The notes: a model not told the origin generated them from the letters alone. 63,103 bases of DNA, filler included, from Octopus bimaculoides (GCF_001194135.2; 7 parts of 6 records of this genome joined end to end with filler, not necessarily neighbours in it); one strand, 5' to 3'; counted from the first letter of the whole stretch, positions 35,367 through 48,470 are shown. Made by a program: numbers and translations.

Positions 35367-35695
35367 TGCTCTATATGTTTCTGATACTACCACAATAAAT
35401 ATATATTTGTCTTGTGTTTATTTTTTTATATATTTGCAGTGACTTAGTCAGTATCTGAAGATTACAGACTTCCTTGTAAATATATCCTTGTTCAATTAGA
35501 ATATGAAATACTTGTGTAAATATTCCAGAGAGTGAGAAAAAGAAATATTGCTATCAATCTCAGTTCAGAACAAAGTATTTCAGTTATTCATCATATTTAT
35601 ATTATGTAAACACCTTCCATTATTCTTTCAAAGATTATTAATATTCATGATGTATCTTTAGTAAAAATCCATTCATGCAACAGACGTCTGAGATT

Positions 35696-35735
35696 CTGAA
35701 ATGATATAGAAACAATATAAAATTGAGAAAATAGT
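35696..35735 (-). promoter_or_regulatory. Splice acceptor of the ZNF-B coding exon (exon starts 35695)
   Basis: Minus strand TTTTCTCAATTTTATATTGTTTCTATATCATTTCAG|AATCTC. Confidence 0.6.
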
Positions 35736-36184
35736 TAAAAAGGAGAGATTCAGTAATAGGAAAGCTTAGTATATTTTTGTGAGGATAAGCTGTGGAGATA
35801 AATATTTACAAAGAGTCCTTTCTTATTTTGTCATTGAAATTATATTCTACAACCCTGAATAATCTCTACATATTCATAGACTTCAGCTCCTCCACCTTCA
35901 GATATTATGTAACATTTTAAACTACACAACAATCATCATTTAACGCCCATTTTCTACGCTGACATGGGTTGGGCTGCTTGAGAGGAGCTAGCTTTGTGCC
36001 ACCGTAGTTTTATCTTTAGAAACGTAATTTAGTCACTGTTGTTCAGCCCTATGCTTGTCCGGATGGAGTAGGTCTATGACCAATGGCATTCCAGACATGA
36101 CTATCCTACCTTTGCCTCAGCCTTCGTATAACCAGATCTGTAATCTTCCAGTTTGGGGGGGGGGGAGTAAATAAAAATACAAGG

Positions 36185-36511
36185 GAAATAACTTAAGGTC
36201 TTACTAGTATTATCCGTACTCTCCTCACCCCACCCGTTCGCGAGCGCGCATTCTTCATATTGTTTTACACCTATTACACTAATTTATTTTTTTATTTTTG
36301 AGCTCGAGTCAAATGCTTTAGTTTGACTTATTTCCCTATACTGGAAGATTACCATAAGTTGTGCAGCCGGTACAATGATATTCAATCACGTGTGTGATTT
36401 ATATATAAACAGCTAACTTCAATCACGTGTGTGATTTTATTTATAAACAGCTAAAAAAAAAAACCATTTCAGAGTAGTACGGATAATACTAGTAAGACGT
36501 TAAGTTATTTC
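36185..36511. mobile_element. MITE-like element with a 36-bp inverted repeat; right end lost in gap
   Basis: 36185-36220 vs 36476-36511 match 35/36 in inverted orientation; internal 37-bp tandem duplication (36381, 36418) containing AATCACGTGTGTGATT. Confidence 0.7.
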
Positions 36512-36611
36512 NNNNNNNNNNNNNNNNNNNNNNNNNNNNNNNNNNNNNNNNNNNNTTAATTAATTAANNNNNNNNNNNNNNNNNNNNNNNNNNNNNNNNN
36601 NNNNNNNNNNN

Positions 36612-36646
<35 letters not shown>

Positions 36647-37310
36647 GTGAGTATATGCATATATACGTACATGTATGTACGTACCTACATTTACATGTAT
36701 ATATAGATGCATATCTGGGTACAGGACGTTGCAAAAAAAACGTGGACAAAATGATAAACAGAGTACAGAAAACACACAGGCCACATAGAAAACATTTCCT
36801 TCATCAGCTGCCACCATTCTAAAACCAAGCGTTTATATATAATTGTTTATATTGGTCTCTGAGAACTAGAATTGGTGGCAGAAACTAAGAATAAAAGGCG
36901 AACAGCCGAAAATGTTCCAAGAAAACATTTCGGACGATTATACTTCAATTTTAGAACTACGAGTTGTGTGTGCGTTTGTGGAAGTATATATATGTCCGTC
37001 AAACCATTCTGGATATGTAGCTATATGCGTGTATGCATATGTGTACGTGTGTTTGGTTATATGTGTATAAGCAATTGTACAAAATACGTTTAGCTCCTTG
37101 TATGCATGTGCGTGTGTGTGTGCGTGTGTGTGTATACGTATGTGTATGCCTGTAGGAGTGTGTGTGTGTACGTGTGTATAAATATATATACGCGCACACG
37201 CCTGTATGGAATGTAAACAGCTTTTAATTCTAAAATCGCAATGCATTCATGCGGGTATTTAACTATATCGGCCCCTCTTCCTCACGGGTAGTAACGCATG
37301 TGCACAGAGG

Positions 37311-37348
<38 letters not shown>

Positions 37349-37572
37349 GTATATATATATGTATGTATGTATATATACAGAGAGACAGAGAAATTGATGG
37401 ATAGATAGGTAGACAGACAGGTAGATAGATAGATAAATAGATAGATAGACATACAGACAGTCAGAGACAGACAACGATAGATAGATAGGTAGATAAGGCA
37501 GACAGGGAGACACAAACAGACGGACAGAAAGATAGATAGATAGACGGATGAATACATTTGTTTACATCTTTG

Positions 37573-37607
<35 letters not shown>

Positions 37608-37879
37608 TGTATATATACGTGTATATGTACATAGATGTGTGTGTGTGTGTGTAACGGTATGTAGTAAATAAAAGCCGGTGCAACGAAACGTACGGAACGT
37701 CCCAGAGAGAGAAAGAAAGAAAAAAACAACCAAAAATCAGAGGAAAACCAAAGCAAAAAGAAAGAAAGAACGAGATTAAATGATGAGCGTGCCCTGTCTG
37801 CCTGCCTGCCTGCCTGTCTGTCTGTCTGTCCGTCTGTCTGCCTGCCTGTCTGTCAGTCAGTCAGTAAGGCTTGCTGGCC

Positions 37880-38215
37880 GGTTGGCTTGTCGGCCGGCTG
37901 GTTTCCCTTGATTATCGAGCCGTCGCCCGCCTGCCTGATGGCCTGCCCGCCTGCCTGCAGTGTGCCCCCCCCTCACCACCACCGCATTGTCTGCTAGTCT
38001 TGTCTGTGTGTCTGTCTGTCCGTCTGTGCGTCTGTGCGAGTGTGTGTCTGTCTGCATGGCTGGCTGGCTGCCCGTCTGTCTGTCTGCTGGTCTCGTCCTG
38101 TTTCGTTTTCATTCTGCGTTTGAGGTGAAGGTGTGCGCCGAATATTTTCGGCTGAGCATGGTTGCGGCGGCGCGGAGGTGTTGCCGTTTTGCCGCGGCGG
38201 CGATCAGTGACTGAG
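37880..38215. promoter_or_regulatory. CpG/GC-rich island, candidate promoter or first exon of ZNF-B
   Basis: GCGGCGGCGCGG and GCCGCGGCGGCG runs in an AT-rich window; minus-strand donor GTG|GTGAGG at 37977/37976; separated from the coding exon by a gap of unknown size. Confidence 0.4.
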
Positions 38216-39000
38216 AGAGAGAGGTAGAGATAAGGAGAGAGGCACTGAGAGAGAGAGAGAGAGACAGAGAGAGGTTAACAGACGGAAAGAGAGAGAGAGA
38301 GAGAAGTAGAGAGAGAGAGAGAGAGGTAGAGAGAGAGAGGGTTATATATAGAGAGAGGTAGAGAGAAAGACACAGAGAGAGAAAGGTAGAGAGAGGGAGG
38401 GGTAGAGAGAGGGAGAGATAGATAGAGAGGTACAGAGAGGTTAAAGGATGGAAAGAGAGAGAACGAAGCTAAAAGATGGAGGGAGAGAGGGAGAGAGAGA
38501 GAGAGAGAGGAAGGAAGAAAGGAAGAAAGAAAGAAAGAAAGAGGGCGAGTGAAGCGAACAGAGGAAGAAAGAGAAAAGCCAATCGATGAAGAGAGAGAAA
38601 GAGAGAGGCTATTAGAAGAAGCGAAAGAGAGAAAGAGAGAAACGTAGAAGCTAATTGATGAAGAGAGAAAAAGAGAGAGAGATGGAAGCGACTAGAAGAG
38701 GAGAGAGAAAGAGAGAGAGGGTAATAGAGGAAGAGAAAGAGGGTGAGAGAGGGTAATAGAGGGAGAGAAAGAGGGAGAGACAATGAGAGAGGTTAATAGA
38801 CGAAGAGAAAGAGAAACTGAGACAGAGAGAGAGAGAAAGGGATAGAGAGAGAGAAAGAGATACAGAGAGAGAAAGAGATACAGAGAGAGAAAGAGATACA
38901 CAGAGAGAGAAAGATATACAGAGAGAGAGAGAAAGAGTGAAAGGGGAGACTCGAGTGAGTGGTAAGCTAAAGGAGAGGGTGAGTGAGTGAGAGTTTGTAA
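38215..39000. repeat. GA-rich polypurine tract
   Basis: About 780 bp of mostly G/A with (GA)n runs. Confidence 0.9.
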
Positions 39001-39039
39001 GTAACGTAGAATAGATGTACTTAGTGAAGTCACTCGTAA

Positions 39040-39318
39040 TAGCGGTGGGGGGGTTGCGGCGGTAATCTTTGTAGCGTAGCATGGTGATAGAGATGGTGGC
39101 GATGGAGGGGAATTTCGGCGCTGATGTTTGTACCGTTGCCGTGGTCATAGCGATGGTGGACATTATGGAGGTGGTGGTGGTGGTGAATGCGGTGGGGGTT
39201 GCGGTGGTGATGTTTGTACCGTAGCGGTGGTCATAGCGATGGTGGACGCTATGGAGGTGGTGGTGGTGGTGAATGCGGTGGGGGTTGCGGTGGTGATGTT
39301 TGTACCGTAGCGGTGGTC
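39040..39318. repeat. 86-bp GT-rich minisatellite, at least 2.3 clear units plus a degenerate one, gap-truncated
   Basis: GATGTTTGTACCGT recurs at 39123, 39209 and 39295. Confidence 0.85.
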
Positions 39319-39499
39319 NNNNNNNNNNNNNNNNNNNNNNNNNNNNNNNNNNNNNNNNNNNNTTAATTAATTAANNNNNNNNNNNNNNNNNNNNNNNNNN
39401 NNNNNNNNNNNNNNNNNNGTGGGGATCTGCCCTATCTTTCAAATCCTAGCAACAACAGTGAAGTTGGATGCAGGATAATAATCTAATTCTACTCTTTAT

Positions 39500-39965
39500 C
39501 ACTTTCAAGAATATAAACACGTTTTTAAGCACAACACACGCGGAGTCAAAAAGAAACACAACCTTTCACCGGCACTGTGTGAACGACAGTGCTCTCTCTC
39601 CCTAGCGTGAAGCTTCCTATCTCGGACATGTGAGCATGCGCACATCAGCCAAACACCGTGTCGCTGGAACTGTGAAGCGCACAGTTCTATACAAGGATTT
39701 TTGTATTTTTTTTCATAAATTAGGGGATGGCTACTGACATTAAGCTTAAGGATTATATAATGTACAAGTGTAAAGAAAGAATTAAAGAAAAAAGGACTCA
39801 TAATATTGAATGTTATCGATAATATCGAGTGGAAATAGGGGGCGCTGCAGTTCCGCAGTTCCTATACATGAGCCGCCACTGCTTACTAGTTTGTGCAGTC
39901 CACCTCACAGTAAAAAGCGCGCAAAAAGAAAACGTGCAACACGCTTTAAATCAGTCACGTGATTA
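39500..39965. promoter_or_regulatory. Promoter-like motif cluster
   Basis: Unique CpG-retaining DNA with NRF1-like GCATGCGCA (39634-39642), CTCF-core-like TAGGGGGCGCTG (39836-39847) and E-box GTCACGTGAT (39954-39963). Confidence 0.4.
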
Positions 39966-41179
39966 ATGAACATTATTTTTCATTAGAATCAATCATTGAT
40001 CCATTATTGGTTTTCTTTTGTAGAACTAGAGAACAGTATTTCGATTTCGTGCAGTACTATTTAAAATAATATTTATCAGAATATTTCTCTGTAACATTAT
40101 TAATCCCGAAAGAATGAAAGTAAAGTTGACCTCAAAAAGATTTAAACTCAGAGCATAAAAAATTAGACCAGATACCACGATGCATTCTACATAAAGCTTT
40201 AACAACTACAATTCACTACCTTACCGGAGAAATATGTTTAAAGAATTATTGCCAACCAGACTTAGAAGAAAGATAAAAAACGGAAATGGTAATGACATTT
40301 CGAAATTCTTGTCTCGTAGTCTTCTTCCTCTAGTCAAGTCAAAACAGTGAGAAATATCAGATTGTCGTCTGCAAATATATAAATTTAATAAATTTCAGCT
40401 GACACACCATCAACCGTTTTTTCAATGTCCTACCGGAAACACTGTCGTGCGTAGTTTTCTCCATTCAACGGAAGTGATATCTGTATGTTTGAATTTTACC
40501 GGACGAAACAGAAGTGTTGTTGACAAAGACTACCTTACAGTATTCAGTTATGTCCATTTATGTCCTGGGCTCAAATTCCATTGTGGTCGACCTATGGAAG
40601 TTGAAAAAACGAGCTTCTATACAAATATTAAAGTTGATTTAATCGACTCAGTCCTTACTTTAAATTTCATGCTACATACCAATTTTAGAAATACGAAAAA
40701 TAAAACACATCACCTATTTTAGAAACATAAAAAGAAATAAGTATTACATTGCTCGTTAAACTTTGCAATATTTCAGAGATTGTTCAAAGATCTTGAAAAT
40801 ATTTAGGATTCTAACTGGATTGTTTGTTTTTTGTTTTTTTTTTTTCTGATGAAATAGACTGTGCTAAAAGCTACCGGTGGTTAGGGTGTTCAGTGGATCT
40901 GCTGTTTACAGTCATAAAATCAATGGATTATCATTTTTCACTAGTAATAAAGTACGATCTAAAAGCTTTTAAAGTAATAAATATTGTGAGAAAATAAAGG
41001 AAGATAACATTTTTCGAAATAAGACTTATATCATTCTCTTTTGGTACCATCATAAGGTAAATTATTTCCCTTCGATTTCTTATAATGCATAATGTTATGC
41101 GAAACATTCATGTGCTGCATATATCGCTGGTAAAGATAAGTTATTCACTAATATTTCTAATACGCTAAGTAGCTCGCTT

Positions 41180-41555
41180 ACCAACCACATGGTTCCGAGT
41201 TCAGTCTCACTGCGTGACACCTTGGGCATGTGTCTTCTACTATAGCCTCGGGCCGACCAAAGCCTTGTGAGTGGATTTGGTAGACGGAAACTGAAAGAAG
41301 CCCGTCGTATATATGTATATATATATGTGTGTGTGTTTGTGTGTCTGTGTTTGTCCCCCTAACATCGCTTGACAACCGATGCTGTGTGTTTACGTCCCCG
41401 TAACTTAGCGGTTCGGCAAAAGAGACCGATAGAATAAGTACTAGGCTTACAAAGAATAAGTCCTGGGGTCGATTTGCCCGACTAAAAGGCGGTGCTCCAG
41501 CATGGCCGCAGTCAAATGACTGAAACAAGTAAAAGAGTAAAAGAGTAAAAGAGAG
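41180..41555 (+). mobile_element. SINE family A, CpG-intact copy (also 43440-43670 +; 46450-46780, 49210-49410, 55985-56190 -)
   Basis: Near-identical bodies (ACAACCGATGCTG...GGCGGTGCTCCAGCATGGCCGCAGTCAAATGACTGAAACAAG) with (TAAAAGAG)n tails. Confidence 0.9.
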
Positions 41556-42780
41556 TACAAGTTGCACAAGCACTCTTCTAGATTTATTCCCCCAAACCCC
41601 GAGGTAACCAGACTATTTTAGTGAGTGCGTGATTGGGTGGAGACGATAAATATACTGTAAGTCTACGGTAGCTTTCATACGTAGTGACTGAAAGTCTATT
41701 CGAAATAAGCCTCACTTGGGGCTAAACAACAAAATCAACAACTACCTAACTACACTTACATACACAAAATAAATACATGAACATGTGAGTATACCTATCT
41801 TCTGTATTGTAAGAAAGTTTGGAGTTCGGTATTGAGAGATAAACACTGTAACAAGATTAGTAAACGGTATGATAAGATGAAATTCGATAATGTTAAAGTA
41901 TGTATACGCCACACCCAATAAGTAAAATAGCCGGTAAGGGGGCGGAAAATCCGTACAAGCAATTAATTTCAATATCAAGGTCGTAAGGAAGACGGTGAGC
42001 TGGCAGAATCTTTAACATGTCGGGTAAAATCCTTCGCGGTATTTCGTCCATCTTTTATGTTCTGAGTTTTAATTCCGCTGAGGTCAACTTTACATTTGAA
42101 TCCTTTCGGGGCTTGATAAAATAAGTACCAGTTGAACACCAGTGTCGATTTAATTGACTTAGCCCCTGCTCCAAACCTGCTGGCCTTCTACCAAAAATCT
42201 GAACCCTATATTAAAGTTGTAAGGGGGACAGGTAGGCGGTGAACCGGGAGTGTAACTACATCATCGGATAAAAATGTGTTGTGGTACTTATTCCGGATCT
42301 CTGCGCACTGAGTTCAAATCCCGCCAAGATCATCTTTGCTTTTTATCCTTCTACGGTCGATAGATATAATAAAAGTCGAATACTAAATTCACTTCTTTCC
42401 CATACCCTCCCACTCACTATCACCCCCCCCCCATCCTTTCTCTCTAACCGTTAAAATGTAGTTTCTGAAAGCGTGCTATATATCTAAGGCCAGTGCCCCC
42501 AAGGGAGATGCAGTCTATTGGACTAGAACAAGGGTAGATTTGAGGGGGGGGGTTGCAGATAAGTTAGGGTAGAGTAAAAGTAGCGGTGATTAGGAGAGGT
42601 CATAAAAACTAAGGTAAAAGGTAGATAAAAGATTAATGAATTGGCCGTAGGGTGAAAGAAAATTTTTAAACTGGATAATAAAGTAAAAAATAAAAAGGCA
42701 AATGAAAACACAAGGAAATACAATAATACAATAACCATATACGAGTCGATTCAGAGAAGGGTAGGGGGTATTAGAAGTGG

Positions 42781-42955
42781 AGGCGCAATGGCCCAGTGGT
42801 TAGGGCAGCGGACTCGCGGTCATAGGATCGCGGTTTCGATTCCCAGACTGGGCGTTGTGAGTGTTTATTGAGCGAAAACACCTAAAGCTCCACGAGGCTC
42901 CGGCAGGGGATGGTGGCGAAACCTGCTGTACTCTTCCACCACAACTTTCTCTATA
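42781..42955 (+). mobile_element. tRNA-headed SINE of a third family
   Basis: A box TGGCCCAGTGG and B box GGTTTCGATTCC; no valid cloverleaf; continues into a non-tRNA body. Confidence 0.6.
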
Positions 42956-43256
42956 TTATATACTTTGTATATCATAATATAATAATGAATAATAATGAAA
43001 TTATTGTGTATCGTGCTCAGGTGCACTACAACTCACCAAAGGTGCATGTACAGTACATAGGATCACGTAGAAAAGTCAGGAAAGTGAAGTGTTTATAGGC
43101 GCAGGAGTGGCTGTGTGGTAAGTAGCTTGCTTACCAGCCAGGTTATAAAGGACACAGGTTTCGTGTGTCACATAGCTAGCTAGAGGCGATGGCTTCTTGG
43201 AGCTAATTCACGGCGGCTTTCGTCCTAATTTTGGGACTGCCATGTTGGCTTGGCGA

Positions 43257-43321
<65 letters not shown>

Positions 43322-43946
43322 TTAGGGAAAATAACCAAGTTTCTATAAAGCTCAATTTAATTTAAATTTTTTATAAATTGATTTTAATTGAGTTTTTACC
43401 TGTAATTTTGGATTTTGTCCCTAATATTATTATATATGTATATATATGTATGTGTGTGTATATGTTTGTGTGTCTGTGTTTGTCCCCGCAACATCGCTTG
43501 ACAACCGATGCTGGTGTGTTTACGTCCCCGTAATATAGCGGTTCGGCAAAACAGACCGATAGAATAAGTACTAGGCTTACAAAGAATAAGTCCCGGGGTC
43601 GATTTGCTCGACTAAAGGCGGTGCTCCAGCATGGCCGCAGTCAAATGACTGAAACAAGTAAAAGAGTTAGAAGAAAAAGAAAAAGACAAGTCAGAAGAGG
43701 ATGAGAAAGAAAACAGACGAGAAAGAAAGAAAATAGAGGAGGAAGAAGAAGAAAAGAAACCAATGATGATTAAGGAAGAGGAGGAGGAAAATATACGGGG
43801 GACGAGGAAGAAGACGAAGAAGGAAAAGGGGTGTGAGAATATACAAAATGAACGAAGTAGTTAAGTTTCCTTCCACTTAGAACCCCCTGCATCGTCTCAA
43901 ACCGTTTAGAAAAGATATAGAAGTAGGTAGGATGAGAGAGAGAGAC

Positions 43947-43987
<41 letters not shown>

Positions 43988-44180
43988 TCGTGGGAGTGGA
44001 AAGAATCAGACAAAGAAGGAGGGAGTAAGAGAGTGCTATAGCGAGTGAGTGAGCAAGGAGAGAGAATGAGAGGTGCGGTATGTAATCGCCGAATAACTGT
44101 TGCCTGACTTCACTAACTTACTCACTACCACTACTACTACTACTACTACTATACTACTACTACTACTACTATTACTATTA

Positions 44181-44223
<43 letters not shown>

Positions 44224-44958
44224 GGCTGCTACGACTATGACGACGAGTTTTGCTACTAGTTCTGCTAGAAATAACAGTCAAATTTCCCTTATATATCACA
44301 CTTTGTCAATGGAGAAAGCGAGCATAGCACATTGGATAACGTAGTACTCGATACACCATTATTGAAAGAAGTGGTCTGCTCGACCAGGGCTGAATAGAAC
44401 ACCAACACCAACTACTACTACTACTGCTACTACTATTATAAGGCGATGACGGCTACTTGTAGTTAAGAGAGCCCTGGAGTGGTCTCCCATTCCGCTAGAA
44501 ATAGTAGCCTAAATCTCCCTTGTAATACGGTCTGTCGACAGAGAAAATACGAGAGGGATATTGGATAATGTAGTCCAAGATACACTATGCATGAAAGAAA
44601 AAGGAGAAAAAGAAAGAAAACACGCAAACAGGATAGTCAAGGCTAGAGCGCCTTTGATCAGTGGCTTTTCTCAATTTCGATCAGGATTGAACGCAAGCTA
44701 AACATCGTCTCCACCACCACCACCGTTAATCATACTTCCACCAACATCATCACCACCACCGCCGCCATCAACAACAACAACAACAATACTATTACTATTA
44801 CTATTATTATTACTATACTACTACTACTACTACCCCAACCTGCTATTATGTTGCCGGATGACAACTTCCACTAACATTCTTTAAGACTGGTCCTACACAC
44901 ACAAAGTTGCTTTACACATACATACGTACAGACAGGAATACACAGTCAACTCACATAG

Positions 44959-45108
<150 letters not shown>

Positions 45109-48100
45109 TTATATACATAGATACACACTGCATGGCACATACATCAACGTAAGCCGGATAATCTTATACACACACAATTTTACACACGTATTGAGACGCA
45201 CTGTTACTTTTAAGTTTCTTTAAAACAACCATCACCATGCGGACGTATATATATAAGGTCTGACAATATATATTTTTTAAAAATTTTTGTGAACTTCTAA
45301 ATGGGAAGAATGAAAACGAAGGATGTCTAGGAATAACAACAACAATATTGACGATATACAAAGTTGTTCCTGTGTTTTCTGCCCCTAGCGTGTCTTGAAC
45401 ACAAAAAGTTTTATCGATATTCAGGGATTATAAAAAAAAGAAGAAAAAAAAAACATCGCTGATTCACTGATTGATGTTACCGTGGAAATAGGTTTTTAAA
45501 TTGTTTTCCAACTTCATTACGATATTCACGTTTATAACAATTGTATTCAAATAAATGCACACGAACAAACACAAATATATATATATAGGCATACACATGT
45601 AATATATGTATATATATTTATATTTATGTAATGTATGTACATATTTAATTAAAGGCCTTGCATGTATATAAGCGTGTGTTTGTGTGTATGTATATGTGTG
45701 TGTGTGTATAATTGAATGTATGACTTATAATAATAATAATATACATATTTATATTATGCATTATTCTAGAGTAATGAGTGTGAAATTGACAATAAAAAAA
45801 TAAATTTCTGATTGAAATTTACACATACACATATACAGACAGACATATATACATGCATACCCACGTATATGCATACACACATACATAACACATGAAAATT
45901 TATATAAGTTTGCGTCCACGCGTGAGTATGTATATTTAATATAATATAATGCATATTATAGGTAATATACACACTTGCTTATGTTAGCACATTGACCAAA
46001 TGGAATTTCTTGCGATTCACTTTACCATATCGGAGGAAGTACTCTTAACCAAATTCTGAAGAAATCAATAACCAAAATATTTATTGGATGTGTACAACAC
46101 GTGGAATTTTACACTGCTTATCAACAAAACAGGGAAATTATGACGTAAGTATGAAGAAGATATTTGTTTTAATTATTTTCTTTTCTATCCTATTTGTTAT
46201 TTTTCTTTTGTTTTCATTTATTTATCTATTTATATTCCTGACAGAGGTTGGGAAACTTCTCAGCCATGCGGTTCTTGGTTCAGTTCCACTGCTTGGCACT
46301 TTGGGCAAGTGTCGTCGCGGCTGTAGATAACCTTGGGCCGATCAAAGCCTTGTGAGTGGATATGGTCGGCGAAAACTGAAAGAAGCCTATCGTGTATTTA
46401 TGTGTTGTGTCCCTCCCCACCACCACCGCTTGACAACCGGGGGGCTAGACTCTCTTTACTCTTTACTCTTTTACTTGTTTCAGTCTTTTGACTGTGGCCA
46501 TGCTGGAGCACCGCCTTTTAGTCGAGCAAATCGACCCCAGGACTTATTCTTTAGAAGCCTAGTACTTATTCTATCGGTCTCTTTTGCCGAACCGCTAGGT
46601 TACGGGGACANNNNNNNNNNCTAGTACTTATTCTATCGGTCTCTTTTGCCGAACCGCTAGGTTACGGGGACATAAACACACCAGCATCGGTTGTCAAGCG
46701 ATGTTGGGGGGACAAACACAGACACACAAACACATACACACATACATATATATATACATATATATGACGGGCTTCTTTCAGCTGCTGCTGCTATTGTTCA
46801 GCCTCAAAGTCAAGCTTTGATCAAGTAGACCTATTATAATCAAAGACATTGCAATTGTGTCGACTATCTTTTTTTTATTTTCTTTGAAGGGGAAGATATG
46901 AATCGAGTGTGGTTTAGCTACTATTTCTAGTAAGTTTAACCTACTACATACAGACCCTCTCACACCACTTCATTTGTTAGGTGAATATGGATATCTGGCT
47001 CTCTTCTCAACTTTCATCGCCAGTTTCACAATAGAGGGACGATACTTGTAAACATGTTTTTGTTGTTGAATCTAAGGTCAGAGCTGATCCACTAGTCTTC
47101 TCTGACTCACAGAAATAGTCGGTGTTACTGTTTAACCCCGGGTCAGAATGATTTAGCTACTAGTTCTAGTCAGTCTAACACACCACATATATGCGGTCTT
47201 TCGCCAGTTCATTTGTTAGGTGGATCTTTAGTTCGCCTCTCAGATTTCATCTCCAGTTTCACAGTAGAGGGACGATACTTGTAAGCAGTCCTTTACTCTA
47301 CACAGATAATCGATATTATTGTTTAGCCCTAGGTCAACCAGCAGTCCTCTGGCACGTATGTAGTCATTGTTATTCAATCCCAGATCAACCCTGATCTAGT
47401 CATATCACATGCTAGTAGTCGTTGTTTAGCCCCAGGTCAATCCTTATCCAGCAGTCCTCCGGTATGAAGGATGTGGGCCGAACTTCGAAGGTGCAACCCA
47501 CAAATGAAATTTCCAGTTATATCTAGCATGTCTCCATCTAACTAAGGACCATATGGCACACTCTGAGATGTTTCGAGGTTGTTTTTCTGTTGTTTTGTTT
47601 TTGATGCTTGCAATATTGTGAAAATTGTCTCAGCAGTCCTATAAAGAATTTGCAGGAATATAACACACATTGCTATGTTTTGAGAATGTCTAAGACCAAA
47701 TCAAGGTAGACCCCCCCCCCAAAAAAAATTGCATGAAATTGGAAAATATGTATGGAGTTAAAGTCTGACAGTGTGGACCTATCTCGCTCTATTCAACGGC
47801 TGTATTCCATGAAATCCCGCACACTCCGACATGCGATGATAATTCGTATGGAGTGCAATGTCACATTCTGGACGTACAGCACTTTCTTCACTACCCAGCC
47901 TATTTATGTTATACAGCATAGACTAGAGTCAGCCATTAGTACAGGGAGCGAGTGTGACTTGTAACCATGCCCACCGTGCTTTTGTAAATTGTTTCAGGCG
48001 CATGTGTAAGCTGTGAATAGGCACAGACACCTTTTCGGCCTCACCTCTCATCCATAACCTAGCGACACATCTGAGATGTGATAGCTGAAAGGAGAGAGAT

Positions 48101-48417
48101 ATTGAGTGCGTGCGTACGTATGTTTGTCTGTCTGTCTCTTTGTAGTACTAACACTCTCTGGCTAATATTCATTTACAGCTGATTAGACAGGAGTAACGAG
48201 AATTGAAGGCTGTTTTATTTACAGTTTAGGAGTTTTAAAAAAACTGAAAGCGACAGCCCATATTTTTATTAAGAGAACAGATGAAATCTTTTAATTTTAT
48301 TAACAGAATTCACTTATTCGGTGGCGTCCAATTTGCCGTCGCTGATTCGACGCTGACTTGTTTGACATCATGCGTTTTAATGGTTCTCTCGTTCTCTAGC
48401 TTTCTCTCTCCCTCCCC

Positions 48418-48470
<53 letters not shown>

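Noticed and set aside
39570-39595. RSS/Transib-like heptamer CACTGTG
   Set aside because: No nonamer at 12 or 23 bp and no paired terminus.
42781-42860. tRNA gene
   Set aside because: A and B boxes are present but acceptor and T stems do not pair; it is a SINE head.
46900-47470. Local ~240-bp duplication with repeated GTTTAGCCCCAGGTCA motifs
   Set aside because: Best explained as stacked remnants of a common repeat tail; no added structure evident.
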